Virus record (IMG/VR): IMGVR_UViG_2937142334_000003
Source of the DNA: a virus
Taxonomy: Duplodnaviria; Heunggongvirae; Uroviricota; Caudoviricetes
DNA length: 64,000 nt
Direction: 5' to 3' (one strand)
Position 1 is the first letter of the stretch, and the number at the start of each line of letters is the position of its first letter. A model generated the notes under the pieces. It saw only the letters and a list, made by a program, of their open reading frames with translations. It made no database searches and had not been told where the DNA came from. Below are positions 1-9,507 of the stretch, in pieces. The translations under genes were made by a program, and so were the position numbers.

Positions 1-54
1 ATTTCAGTTGAGAGGTAGGGTGCTTTTTCACTAATTTAAATATATCGAATTTGG

Positions 55-735
55 TATATAGTAATCAGCTATCACACAATCAAACACTCAATAACACCCA
101 TCCACACATATCACACCAAACACCTAATTAATACATATCACTTCACACCTTAACAACCTACCACACACCCAATAAAATACACTACACACCGCCTAATAAA
201 CTCACTAATTACACGCCCCCAATAACCCATAACCTAACTCACAAACACAAAATAAACACACCCAATAAATTCACTCACTTAATAACTTAATTCATACCCC
301 TAATACAATAAGCTAAATAACCCAATTTATTCACTGCATACAATACACAAACACACCGCATACATTACTCACTTAATCCATTAATGCATAACAATATATA
401 ACTACGTTACCCAATACGCACACATATACCATACAACGCTATACATTAACGCACTTGACAATCTAATATCTACAAATGTAAATCACTCACTAACTCAATA
501 CATTATATACATCAGTACACTATCATATTACATCACTATGTAACGCTACTCACTCACTAACCTATATACATGGACACGCATAACACTACACTGTATCACT
601 ATCATAACAACACTACGCACATTACTATATACACATCACTGTACTACCTATACACTGCTATACTATATACATCACTATGTGAGCGTTACCATATGACTGC
701 AATACAAAAGGGCAACACGCTAAACACTAACGCAT
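55..735. repeat. G-depleted low-complexity block (top strand almost only A/C/T) with degenerate ACACAC / CTCACT / ATACA-type repeats
   Basis: Direct reading shows ~680 bp with only a handful of G on the plus strand. ORF 570..764 inside it is a composition artefact. Confidence 0.8.
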
Positions 736-962
736 TACCCTATATCATTATCTTTATTTTTTAATTCCAGTAATTTATTATCAATCAAATTTTTTAAGAA
801 AATTAAATCTTCTTCAGTAGATTTTTTATTTATAAAGTTTACCGCCTTACTTTTATATTGATAATAATTTACTTTATCTTTATTTTTAGATTCCCACTTT
901 TTAACGCTATTTATTGCGCTTTCTTTTCGTTGTTTGTCTGTTAATTTTCTGGGCTTTGGCAC
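735..962 (-). CDS. small basic lysine-rich protein. Paralog of 2849..3079 (shared KKW/NYE..N.DK..YY..KS.A..FI motif).
   Basis: ORF track. Shares a motif with the 2849..3079 product. Confidence 0.4.
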   Translation of the reverse strand: MPKPRKLTDKQRKESAINSVKKWESKNKDKVNYYQYKSKAVNFINKKSTEEDLIFLKNLIDNKLLELKNKDNDIG

Positions 963-1112
963 TTAATTATTACCCCTTTAATTTTTTAATAAACTTTCTA
1001 AAATTGAGAACACTCAACACAACTAAAAAAATACTAACTAATAAAACTAAACTATTTATAATAATTTGCATAACTTTACACACCCTTTTTATTGTGGTAT
1101 TATACAATTAAC

Positions 1113-1137
1113 AAAAAGGGAACGGCGCCACGTTCCC
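1113..1137 (-). terminator. GC hairpin (gggaacg/cgttccc) followed by a U-tract on the minus strand
   Basis: Perfect 7-bp stem. An A5 run precedes it on plus, which is a T-run on minus. Confidence 0.35.
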
Positions 1138-1490
1138 TCGATATAAGCATTTTAAGCCTTAACGTTTTTTACTTTTACGTTTTGGCTTTTTCTTATGCAA
1201 TTTTTTATAAAACTTTTGTAAATTAAGTAATGCAATACTTAATATATATAAAGCGATTGAAAAATGCATAAAGGCGCTAAGAACGCCATCAACCACGCTT
1301 ACACCCCTTTTCTACACTATAAGAATAGCCGTAGATGATGCGGGTTGATAAGCTGTTCTAATAGCTTACATATATTATCATAATACATAATTATAAATAG
1401 TCAACCTATATTTATTTTTTTGTTTGCTAATTTTTCTATTATATTTTTTCTTCCTTATATAGAAATAAAAAGGGGCGTTATTGTATAATA

Positions 1491-1516
1491 AAAAAGGAAG
1501 TGGTCGCAACACTTCC
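1491..1516 (-). terminator. GC hairpin (ggaagtg/cacttcc) followed by a U-tract on the minus strand
   Basis: 7-bp stem plus an A5 run on plus. Confidence 0.35.
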
Positions 1517-1773
1517 CAAATATTCATAAATGTAAACTATTTAGATTGCCCCTTGTCTTTATCTGACTTGTGGGCTTTTTCTTATGCAATTATTGACTTT
1601 CAGAAATAACAATGTTTAAATTATTTTAGCCCCTTAAGGAAAGGGGGTGGGAACATTGCTTTTCTTTATAATAAAAACGCCAAAGCATTATAAATTTAAG
1701 TTGCACCTTAAATTTAACAGCTTCAGCATTCAACTAATTATAAAGTGGTAATATAATCTCACCACCCTAAAGG

Positions 1774-1810
1774 TTAACCGACAAGTTAACAACCTTTAGG
1801 GGCTTTCCTG
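1774..1810. other. 11-bp perfect inverted repeat hairpin (ccctaaaggtt ... aacctttaggg)
   Basis: Seen in sequence. Confidence 0.5.
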
Positions 1811-2111
1811 TATCTATATTATAACAATCTAGTAATATCATATCAACAAATATATAATACCACAATAAAATGTGATATAATGTAATTGTAATAAAAATCT
1901 CCCTGGGTTGAGCCGTCACACAACAACTCAGGGAAGTGATTACACTACTTTATAATGATGATTTTAAGAAATAACTTTATTAGGCTACACTCAAAGTAAA
2001 AAGCCTTGTAGGGTTGTTTCTTTTCTTTTTCATTATGTTTCATGTTGTCACCTCCTTACTCAAGGAGATATAACAATTTTAAACTTAAGTATTGTAATAG
2101 TCAATTACTGA

Positions 2112-2150
2112 ATGATGTAGTTTTATTTCTGTTGAGTATGATATAATTCA
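2112..2150 (+). promoter_or_regulatory. promoter-like repeat gtagttttatttctgttgagtatgatataat (extended -10 TGATATAAT). Second copy at 2523..2565.
   Basis: Near-identical ~35-nt motif occurs twice, each ending in TATAAT. Confidence 0.4.
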
Positions 2151-2337
2151 AAGCGCTATCACTATTTATTATTTTTGAATACTATTTCAAAATAAAGGTG
2201 GTGATACATTTTGACCTTGTTAACTCTCATCTTAAAATATCTATTACAATTACTTATTGCAATAGCGCCCGTTGTGGTCGCTTGGTATCTTGATAAATAT
2301 CATAAGTAATTAAATAGATTAGTGGTAGTTACAAAAT

Positions 2338-2378
2338 AAAAGCCTTTTAGTATTTGCGGTACTAAAAGGCTTTTTGTA
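2338..2378. terminator. bidirectional rho-independent terminator (aaaagccttttagta...tactaaaaggcttttt)
   Basis: 14-bp stem flanked by A-run and T-run. Confidence 0.6.
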
Positions 2379-2597
2379 TAGTGATACATCTTGACCACTA
2401 ACACTCATCTGTATATATTATAACATCAATTGATTAAAAATAAACAAATATAGTCAAGAATAATCAAGGTTGTTTAGTTATATTTGTTAATTATGTTCAA
2501 GTATAGTCAATTATGTTCAATGATTGTGTAGTTTTATTTATGTTGAGTATGGTATAATTATATTTATTAGATTATATATCAAAAGGGAGTGTACAAC

Positions 2598-2759
2598 GTG
2601 GCTATTGAACCGCCTAATAAGTTTAAGTTTGGTGCAAAAGAAACTAAACCGCGAGAATACGACGAACCACAAGAAAAATCAGCAGAATACAAAAGGGGCT
2701 ATAAACAAGCTCTAATTGATATTCAAAAGGTTATTACTGATAAATTAGAACAATTATAA
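2598..2759 (+). CDS. small basic protein (53 aa, GTG start)
   Basis: RBS aaagggag 6 nt upstream of GTG. Terminator hairpin immediately downstream. Confidence 0.4.
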   Translation: MAIEPPNKFKFGAKETKPREYDEPQEKSAEYKRGYKQALIDIQKVITDKLEQL

Positions 2760-2762
2760 TAT

Positions 2763-2790
2763 ACATTATTAACAACCTTTACGGGTTGTT
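2763..2790 (+). terminator. rho-independent terminator (aacaacc-tttacg-ggttgtt-ttttatt)
   Basis: Stem-loop plus T-run. Confidence 0.6.
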
Positions 2791-2848
2791 TTTTATTATG
2801 TTATAATGTTTATAACTTACCATGTTATAAAGTGAAGAGGGTGAAGTC

Positions 2849-3079
2849 TTGGTTAGTGAAGCACAAAAACAAGCAAAAAAGAATTATGAAAAAGCAAATC
2901 CAGATAAAGCGTACTATTGGAAGCGTAAGAGTGAGGCGGGGGGCTTTATTCGCCCATCATCTAAAACAAGATTATATCAATTAATAAAATCTAATATAGA
3001 TATAAGAGATACTTATATCAGTGACTTGAAAGAGTTTAAAATTGAATTAGATAAGCGCTTAAAAGAATTACAAGGGTAG
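2849..3079 (+). CDS. small basic protein (TTG start). Paralog of 735..962.
   Basis: ORF track. RBS agagggtgaag. Shared motif with 735..962. Confidence 0.45.
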   Translation: MVSEAQKQAKKNYEKANPDKAYYWKRKSEAGGFIRPSSKTRLYQLIKSNIDIRDTYISDLKEFKIELDKRLKELQG

Positions 3080-3319
3080 TTATTATAACTACTCTTATTT
3101 TTTACAAAAAGTCGTTGACTTTATAACTTACGATGTTATAATTGAAATCGTCAAAAGGACAACGGCAATAAATACCAAGTATCAAAAATAATTTGAAAAA
3201 GGTATTGATAATTATAACATCGGAAGTTATAATAAAGCCGTAAAGTTGATTAGGACAATCACAATAAAGAGCAGTCATCGAACTAGCCTAGGTGATTAAA
3301 AATTAATCAAATTTACTTC

Positions 3320-3348
3320 TTGACAATTATAACTTACGAAGTTATAAT
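3320..3348 (+). promoter_or_regulatory. promoter P3: TTGACA - 17 nt - TATAAT with embedded operator-like palindrome
   Basis: Exact consensus hexamers at 3320..3325 and 3343..3348. Confidence 0.6.
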
Positions 3349-3443
3349 AAAAGCACAAACTTAATAAATGGATTGAAAGTGAGTTTACTTGAGTATCTAA
3401 CTTTGACTTCAAGGTCAACCGCTACAATTCAAAAAATTAAGTC

Positions 3444-3472
3444 TTGACAATTATAACATCGGAAGTTATAAT
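3444..3472 (+). promoter_or_regulatory. promoter P4: TTGACA - 17 nt - TATAAT with embedded palindrome
   Basis: Exact consensus hexamers at 3444..3449 and 3467..3472. Confidence 0.6.
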
Positions 3473-3599
3473 AAAGACACGATAAAGGAGCAAGCAATCG
3501 CAAGCCTTGAAGCGATTAAGAAATAAAAGGTTATCCTTATATAACTTACGATGTTATATAAAATGTTCAAACTAATTGGAAAGTTACCAATTCAAAAAA

Positions 3600-4100
3600 C
3601 GTTAGTAAGTCGCAACTCAATCAAGACTGTACCGAAAAGGGTCTGGATAAGGCGCTATTATCACCTAGGGTTATGGTGAAAGCTACCCAACAAGGCTATG
3701 CAACGGGTGAAAGATCAGGGCACGTGGAGAGCATGGTGCTAATTCTACAGACTGGGCGTAAACGTTACCGTTAAATAACGACCTCCGCACGGCGGGAAAT
3801 AATTACAACGGCGAACATTGACAATTAAATAAAACTTGTGAACTCTACCAAGGAAGAAGTGAAATGCTTAAAAATTGGATAGCGAACGCAAGGCGGGTTA
3901 TATGGTGGCAGCATATAAATCGTGAGTATGAACCATAAAAGGGGAAGATTAGCCTATTAAGTGGGGCTTGAACTGGACGGGGTTTATACATACAAACACT
4001 GACGACACTTAACGAACACTATTAATTGTTTTTAGAGAGCCTTATCAATACGATAAGACTCTATATAAAGCGATTAATAATAACCGCTGAAGCAAATTAG
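3600..4100 (+). ncRNA. ORF-free, GC-richer segment downstream of the promoter array. Candidate structured non-coding RNA or leader.
   Basis: No ORF >=60 aa. GC visibly higher than flanks. Only tiny peptide ORFs possible. Confidence 0.25.
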
Positions 4101-4115
4101 AAAGGTTTTGATATT

Positions 4116-4319
4116 ATGATGTCACAAAAGGAACTACAAAAATACGCTGAACAGGATTATAAGTTAGTTGATCCTGAATACATTAAGCAATTAGAACGGG
4201 ATAGCGAAAAACTAATCAAGTTTAAGAAGTACAGTATTTTAGCGATATTCATTGCAGTTATTGTTATTGTAGTGACCCTTCCACTTTTACGGGCACTATT
4301 GACGAACTTGCTAAACTAA
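4116..4319 (+). CDS. small protein with C-terminal transmembrane segment
   Basis: ORF track. RBS agaaagg. Confidence 0.5.
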   Translation: MMSQKELQKYAEQDYKLVDPEYIKQLERDSEKLIKFKKYSILAIFIAVIVIVVTLPLLRALLTNLLN

Positions 4320-4335
4320 TGTAATCTTACACTAT

Positions 4336-4352
4336 TAATCACAACAAAAATA
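4336..4352 (+). promoter_or_regulatory. conserved intergenic motif TTAATCACAACAAAAATA. Further copies at 17764, 20159, 26410, 34162 and a variant at 5115.
   Basis: 6 occurrences, all intergenic and directly upstream of plus-strand genes. Confidence 0.45.
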
Positions 4353-4382
4353 CTAAAATATATTAATCAAGGGGTAAATATC

Positions 4383-4745
4383 ATGACACAACAAAATACT
4401 ATTAAGACTTTTAACTACAAGAACAACGTACGCGGCGCACACATTTACACCCAAATTCTAGCCGAACTATTCTTGGCTGCACGTGATGCAAGCAAGCACG
4501 GCAATAACTGGGACGAACTCGATGAGTACTATCAAGCAATGACTGGTCAGGGTGATTATGCAGGTACAACATCAAGTGAACGTGCTGAATACATGCTAGA
4601 CCAACATGGTGACTTTATGACTGGATATGCAGAAGACTTTTTCAACGATTCAAAATACAGCTATGAATGGTTTGTAGAACAACATAACAAGGCGGTTGAA
4701 ATTGCAAAATCATTCAACCTTGAACACTTAGACATTATCAAATAA
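4383..4745 (+). CDS. hypothetical phage protein
   Basis: ORF track. RBS caagggg. Confidence 0.55.
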   Translation: MTQQNTIKTFNYKNNVRGAHIYTQILAELFLAARDASKHGNNWDELDEYYQAMTGQGDYAGTTSSERAEYMLDQHGDFMTGYAEDFFNDSKYSYEWFVEQHNKAVEIAKSFNLEHLDIIK

Positions 4746-4760
4746 CTGGAGGTAAGGACA

Positions 4761-4919
4761 ATGGATAAGAATACATTAATGAAAAAGGCAGACGTAATGA
4801 TTGAAATGATGGGCTGTGCTGAGTTTGTAGATGACCTAATGCGTGCCCTGGATAAGAAGGATCTACAAGATGCATTGGAATATATTGATCAATGCCGTGA
4901 ATTACACTTATTTGACTAA
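4761..4919 (+). CDS. hypothetical small protein (52 aa)
   Basis: ATG preceded by ggaggtaagg. Below the ORF-track cutoff. Confidence 0.35.
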   Translation: MDKNTLMKKADVMIEMMGCAEFVDDLMRALDKKDLQDALEYIDQCRELHLFD

Positions 4920-4953
4920 CCACACAATACAACTACTCGGAGGACAAATAACC

Positions 4954-5103
4954 ATGAAGAAAAACATTGCAATTGTAATGCTTGCTATTATCGCACTTGT
5001 ATGCTTTGGGGGCTGGGTACATTCAGCACAAGAAGCCGAGTCAAATTACAAAGTAATGATGAGCGAAGCAAAAATAATTCGCCAACTCAAAGGTATTGAA
5101 TAA
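4954..5103 (+). CDS. small membrane/secreted protein (N-terminal hydrophobic segment)
   Basis: Internal ATG of ORF 4843..5103, preceded by ggaggacaa. Confidence 0.45.
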   Translation: MKKNIAIVMLAIIALVCFGGWVHSAQEAESNYKVMMSEAKIIRQLKGIE

Positions 5104-5184
5104 AAGAAATTTTGCACTATTAATCACAACCACTATTAAAAATCTAACCAATCGAGAAAAACGTAAATAACGGAGGAAATAACA

Positions 5185-5625
5185 ATGAAGAACATTATTA
5201 ACAACAACGCTAATCAGACTCAAGCTATGGATTTATATATGGGGAGAAATGACGAAGTGCTAGTAAGCATGTTGCAAATCGCAAAAGAAAATAATATCGA
5301 TTTTCTGAAGTTTGAAGATGATTATATCTTTTTCATTAACTATCGTGAGATTGCTGGTATGAATCAAAGTACAGATTATAAGTACTTTATCACCATTGCA
5401 GAAGGAAGCATAAAAGAAGATGTTAACTTTGAAAGAGCATGGTTCTTAACGAATGATGATGAAAAAGTTGACAAAATAAAAGCTTATAAAACAGTTAATG
5501 AGTTGAACGAAGAAAAGAATTTAGGAATAAAAAACACTGATAATCTGGACGGGAAAATTTTTCCAGATAGATGGGATCGTGAGGAAATGGCTGTTTCTGG
5601 AATGTACTTAGGTCGTCCTAGTTAG
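5185..5625 (+). CDS. hypothetical protein
   Basis: ORF track. RBS acggaggaaat. Confidence 0.55.
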   Translation: MKNIINNNANQTQAMDLYMGRNDEVLVSMLQIAKENNIDFLKFEDDYIFFINYREIAGMNQSTDYKYFITIAEGSIKEDVNFERAWFLTNDDEKVDKIKAYKTVNELNEEKNLGIKNTDNLDGKIFPDRWDREEMAVSGMYLGRPS

Positions 5626-5693
5626 AACGAAAAGAATTTATCACTATTAATTACTGAACAGAAAATAAATTAACCAATTGGAGGAAATAGAAA

Positions 5694-5975
5694 ATGAGTA
5701 AATTAGACAAAATGAAAAACTACTTAAAGCAGGTAATCGAAATCAATTTTGATTATATCGACGAAATCAAACAGATGCCTCAAAGTCAAATTGATTTCAT
5801 GGGCGGAGTTGCTGAATGGTATGCAACTACAGGGTGTTCATCTTACTACACCGAAATAGTTAATGCGATCAAGTTTGCAGGTTACAAATATCCAAGTAGT
5901 GGAAGTGTTTGGGAAAAGGCAATACAGGTAAAAGATGAAATTGTTAGAGAAAAACTGAACTATTTATCAATTTAG
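5694..5975 (+). CDS. hypothetical protein
   Basis: Conserved leader aattggaggaaatagaaaatg. Confidence 0.55.
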   Translation: MSKLDKMKNYLKQVIEINFDYIDEIKQMPQSQIDFMGGVAEWYATTGCSSYYTEIVNAIKFAGYKYPSSGSVWEKAIQVKDEIVREKLNYLSI

Positions 5976-6055
5976 ATAAAATATGTATTTTATAAAGAAA
6001 TTTAGGTGCTCAAAACGTTGATATAACAGCATTTACAAATTGGAGGAAATAGAAA

Positions 6056-6382
6056 ATGAAAGAGTTTAAGAATGTTAATGAATTGAAAAAAGACAATCCA
6101 TCGTTAGCAAAAGAATTGCTTGAAATGTTTGATGAGGGCGAATGGCAAGAAAATGAACTGTACGTTTATGAAAGCCTAGCCGATTATGCTTATTACGAAT
6201 TAACCGAAGGTTGGTACGCAGATAAACATTTAGATCAAAAAGATTATAATGGTGCGCCTAATCCAATTGACTTTATTGATCTAAAGGCATTAGGACTTCA
6301 ATTATCGCGTACATGGGACGAAAGTATACATTACTTAACTAAAGAAAATTGGGTAGTTGAGACTGGTTATGGTTGGAATTAA
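6056..6382 (+). CDS. hypothetical acidic protein
   Basis: Same conserved leader. Confidence 0.55.
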   Translation: MKEFKNVNELKKDNPSLAKELLEMFDEGEWQENELYVYESLADYAYYELTEGWYADKHLDQKDYNGAPNPIDFIDLKALGLQLSRTWDESIHYLTKENWVVETGYGWN

Positions 6383-6406
6383 AAGAAAATTTAGGAGGAA
6401 ATTAAG

Positions 6407-6673
6407 ATGACTATCAAATTTGCAGGAATTGATGCAATTCCGGCCGATTGTTACATTTTGAATTTTGTTGTTAACGGCAATGATGAAACAATCTTTTGCC
6501 AAGGTATTGAGGAATTAATGTCCACTGTTTTGAGCGCCGAAGAATTTGATGATTGGTTAGGTGGTGAGGGTTTGCCACTACTCAACGGAGAGAAAATTAA
6601 TGACGAAGTTGAATATGCTGAAAAATATATAGATAAAACGGCAGATGACTTCTGCGTATTGTTCGAGAATTAA
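6407..6673 (+). CDS. hypothetical protein
   Basis: RBS ttaggaggaaat. Confidence 0.55.
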   Translation: MTIKFAGIDAIPADCYILNFVVNGNDETIFCQGIEELMSTVLSAEEFDDWLGGEGLPLLNGEKINDEVEYAEKYIDKTADDFCVLFEN

Positions 6674-6731
6674 GAAATTTTCATAACAAAAACACTATTA
6701 AAAATAAATTCACTATTAAGAGGTAATTATC

Positions 6732-7574
6732 ATGAATACACAAACACTATTAAACAATGTAGCAACTACTACAAACAACGACGCAATTATTGTAAACGCA
6801 AAAGAATTTTTGAAAGCTCTTAGGTTCGTCACGGTTGGTGTAAGCACGAAGAAGTCCCGGCCAACACTAATGAATATTCATGTGGGTATTAATGAGAATG
6901 AATTGGTCCTTGGCGCAACGGATTCACACAAATTGACGTATTTAAAGGTGGGGGCAAGTATTCCATCTGAGTTATCTAGTAAAGAATTTTTGGTTGATGG
7001 AAAGTTTGCTAAAAACTTATCTAAGACACCGACAAAACACGGGGAATATTTACTTATTAAGCCGGAATTTAATTTTAATGGACGGTCAGTTGGTAAGGTC
7101 ACATTCATTGACGGTAACAACGAAACATTTATTGATAATCATGGCAGCGATGATTTTTACCCTGAACTAGAACGAGTAATTCCAGATCGTACTTACTTCA
7201 GTTTTGAAACACGGAAAAAAGAATTATTGCCAGTGTTAAAAGAATTGAAGAAATTTACCAATGCAAAGGATGGCAATGTTGTTCGTCTTGAAATTCAAGA
7301 CAATTCGGGAGTAGTTATTGGCGTTGATGGCAACGACAGTAGTATTCAAGAAATTAAGCAAAAGAATTTATTTATTGATGAGAAGCATATTGTAGAAAAT
7401 GACAAGGGACTTAATTTTGAAATTAATTTTAATTTGAAGTATCTAATTGAATTGGTTCAGAAATGTGATAGCACAGAATTTCTAAAGTTCTCATTTAGTG
7501 GAACATTACGACCATTTACCTTTATTCGAGAAAATGCAGGAATTGGTGAAATTTGTCCTATTCGGACATACTAA
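6732..7574 (+). CDS. DNA polymerase sliding clamp (beta/DnaN-like, short form), putative
   Basis: N-terminal RPTLMNIHVGINENELVLGATDSHKL resembles the DnaN domain-I pattern (RPIL..v.le...l.l.aTD.e..l). Confidence 0.4.
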   Translation: MNTQTLLNNVATTTNNDAIIVNAKEFLKALRFVTVGVSTKKSRPTLMNIHVGINENELVLGATDSHKLTYLKVGASIPSELSSKEFLVDGKFAKNLSKTPTKHGEYLLIKPEFNFNGRSVGKVTFIDGNNETFIDNHGSDDFYPELERVIPDRTYFSFETRKKELLPVLKELKKFTNAKDGNVVRLEIQDNSGVVIGVDGNDSSIQEIKQKNLFIDEKHIVENDKGLNFEINFNLKYLIELVQKCDSTEFLKFSFSGTLRPFTFIRENAGIGEICPIRTY

Positions 7575-7599
7575 AAGAATTTTTGGTGGTGATTTTAAA

Positions 7600-7782
7600 T
7601 TGAGATTTCTAATTGACACTGGTGACGGATTTAGAGAACGAGTTAATGAACAAGAATTAATAAAGTGGGGCGAGTCATTTGGAATTGGACTAGAGATGAC
7701 TTTAACCGAGGCAATTCAATCACTAGAGAACGTCGGATATAAAGTGCAAAGGTTAGAAGAAAAAGAAATTTTAGGAGAGTGA
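7600..7782 (+). CDS. hypothetical small protein. TTG start after ggtggtga. ORF track alternative 7498..7782 overlaps the upstream gene.
   Basis: ORF track frame. Start chosen to avoid a 77-nt overlap. Confidence 0.3.
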   Translation: MRFLIDTGDGFRERVNEQELIKWGESFGIGLEMTLTEAIQSLENVGYKVQRLEEKEILGE

Positions 7783-7997
7783 AAGCTATGTTTATGGAAT
7801 TAGTTACCTGGGAAGAAGGAAGTAATGTATATCAATGTTGGTTTAACAAGAAGAAATTAATCAAGGTATTGAATAGTTTGGGGGTTAGTAATTGGAAACT
7901 ATTCCTGTATAACTACCAGGCTGATGATACACAAATGGTTATGGACGAGTTTGAGAAGCGTGGTTGGAAATATAAGAAAGAAACACTGATGTTTTAA
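7779..7997 (+). CDS. hypothetical protein
   Basis: ORF track. Confidence 0.45.
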   Translation: MKAMFMELVTWEEGSNVYQCWFNKKKLIKVLNSLGVSNWKLFLYNYQADDTQMVMDEFEKRGWKYKKETLMF

Positions 7998-8029
7998 GGT
8001 TAAAAAGAAAATTTTGGAGGGCGAATAAA

Positions 8030-8287
8030 ATGGAAATTTTAACAGGTAAAAAAGTATTTATTGTAAAAGCTATGTTAGGTGTAACAAAAGGAATTATTGG
8101 AGTGTTTGATAATCAAGAGGCTGCTGAAAGGTATGCTGAAGAGAAATATCGAGTTTGGACTGATGATAATAATTTTACCTGGGCAGAAAATAAAACGGCA
8201 CAAACAGTTAACATCAAAAATGAAAATCAGGAAACACAATTAAAAGGACACCTAATCATTTCTCAATATAATGTTCGGAGTAAATAA
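8030..8287 (+). CDS. hypothetical protein, paralog A (about 55 percent identical to 8941..9192)
   Basis: Alignment by eye: VFDN..AAE.YAEEKYR.WTDD..FTW...KTAQ. Confidence 0.6.
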   Translation: MEILTGKKVFIVKAMLGVTKGIIGVFDNQEAAERYAEEKYRVWTDDNNFTWAENKTAQTVNIKNENQETQLKGHLIISQYNVRSK

Positions 8288-8328
8288 AACAGATATTTTA
8301 GAAAAGGTAAGAATTGGAGGAAATTATC

Positions 8329-8631
8329 ATGATAAAAACAAAATTACGTACAGAATTAGTAAGTTTGGTAGAAACAGCATATGGCGAGGCTATCTTAACA
8401 ATGAAGCGCGGCGAAGAAGAAAAACAACTCCTTATCGCTGAATGTGGATTGTCAGACGTTGTTTACGAGTCGTCAGTGGATTATTACTTAGATAACGAGC
8501 ATTGGACGCAAGAAAAATTTGACGACTATTGGGAAAACGGCGGCGAGGATAAAGAAATTGACAACTATGTTGATGGCATTGTTGATTTTTATGACGACGA
8601 TTTGACTTGGGAAGAACTTGAAACACTGTAA
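8329..8631 (+). CDS. hypothetical acidic protein. Start at the ATG after ggaggaaattatc.
   Basis: ORF track 8314..8631. Leader duplicated at 9203..9231. Confidence 0.5.
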   Translation: MIKTKLRTELVSLVETAYGEAILTMKRGEEEKQLLIAECGLSDVVYESSVDYYLDNEHWTQEKFDDYWENGGEDKEIDNYVDGIVDFYDDDLTWEELETL

Positions 8632-8673
8632 TTTACATTGTTGATATCCGTTAATGATTTGGAGGAAATTATC

Positions 8674-8916
8674 ATGAATTATGTAGTAACTATTCAAAAT
8701 AACAAATTTACTTTTAAAAATAGCGGTTGGGATACTGAAAAAATGTGGAGTGATTTAATCAACGCATTACAATCAATGAAACTTGCGAGCGAAGTTGAAA
8801 CAGTTGAATTTTCTAAGTTCAACGAAGGTCAATTAGGATTTGACGGAGAGGTTTCTCAACTATTGGAATATATAAAAGACGAAGGCATTATCACAAGTTG
8901 GCATAAAGAAGATTAA
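8674..8916 (+). CDS. hypothetical protein. Start at the ATG after ggaggaaattatc.
   Basis: ORF track 8638..8916. Confidence 0.5.
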   Translation: MNYVVTIQNNKFTFKNSGWDTEKMWSDLINALQSMKLASEVETVEFSKFNEGQLGFDGEVSQLLEYIKDEGIITSWHKED

Positions 8917-8940
8917 AAGCCCTTAAAGGAGAAAATTATC

Positions 8941-9192
8941 ATGAAAATTTTAACAAGGCAAAAGGTTTGGTTGGTTAAGTCAGAATTAGGTAAAACATGG
9001 GGCGTCATTGGAGTATTTGATAATGTGCTTGCTGCTGAGAAATACGCAGAAGAAAAATATCGTAAGTGGACTGACGATGAGGAGTTTACTTGGAATCGAG
9101 GAAAAACAGCACAAGAAATTCACATTGAAACTTCAACACAATCGTTAGACGGTAAGTTGATTATTTCAGAATATCCTGTTCGGTCTAAGTAA
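8941..9192 (+). CDS. hypothetical protein, paralog B of 8030..8287
   Basis: See paralog A. Confidence 0.6.
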   Translation: MKILTRQKVWLVKSELGKTWGVIGVFDNVLAAEKYAEEKYRKWTDDEEFTWNRGKTAQEIHIETSTQSLDGKLIISEYPVRSK

Positions 9193-9231
9193 ATAAACAT
9201 TTTAGAAACGTAAGAATTGGAGGAAATTATC

Positions 9232-9411
9232 ATGAGGTTATACAACGAAGAAATTATTATTAACGGGCGGAAATTATCACCACTTGAAGTGACTGTCGTT
9301 CTTGAGGCGTTAAAGGATAGCGCAGACAATGGTGTATGTAATGACTACACTCAATATGAATTAGGAATTAGTAAAGATAAGCAAACAAAGGTCTTAGAAC
9401 AATTTGCTTAA
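9232..9411 (+). CDS. hypothetical small protein
   Basis: ORF track 9217..9411, ATG after the duplicated leader. Confidence 0.4.
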   Translation: MRLYNEEIIINGRKLSPLEVTVVLEALKDSADNGVCNDYTQYELGISKDKQTKVLEQFA

Positions 9412-9507
9412 GTGGTAAAACATGTCCTTTAGAAAAGGTAAAAGGTGGAGAAAATAATTACTTGTGATTACCTTGCGAGTGTGAGAAAATTACTATGAGG
9501 TGATAAT

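Larger units (their letters stand above)
3115..3561 (+). promoter_or_regulatory. tandem array of five sigma70-consensus promoters (TTGACA-17-TATAAT), each with a palindrome ATAACTT-NCG-AAGTTAT between -35 and -10
   Basis: P1 3115..3142, P2 3205..3233, P3 3320..3348, P4 3444..3472, P5 (weaker) 3531..3560. Spacing 90-120 bp. No ORF >=60 aa in 3080..4115. Confidence 0.6.

Noticed and set aside
570-764. ORF of 64 aa inside the G-free block
   Set aside because: Composition artefact: no stops arise easily in an A/C/T-only strand. No RBS. Tyr/His/Thr-repeat product.
3115-3575. Regularly spaced repeats that could be mistaken for a CRISPR array
   Set aside because: The repeats are exact -35/-10 promoter consensus with an internal palindrome. 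Spacing is irregular (90-120 bp). No cas genes or leader.
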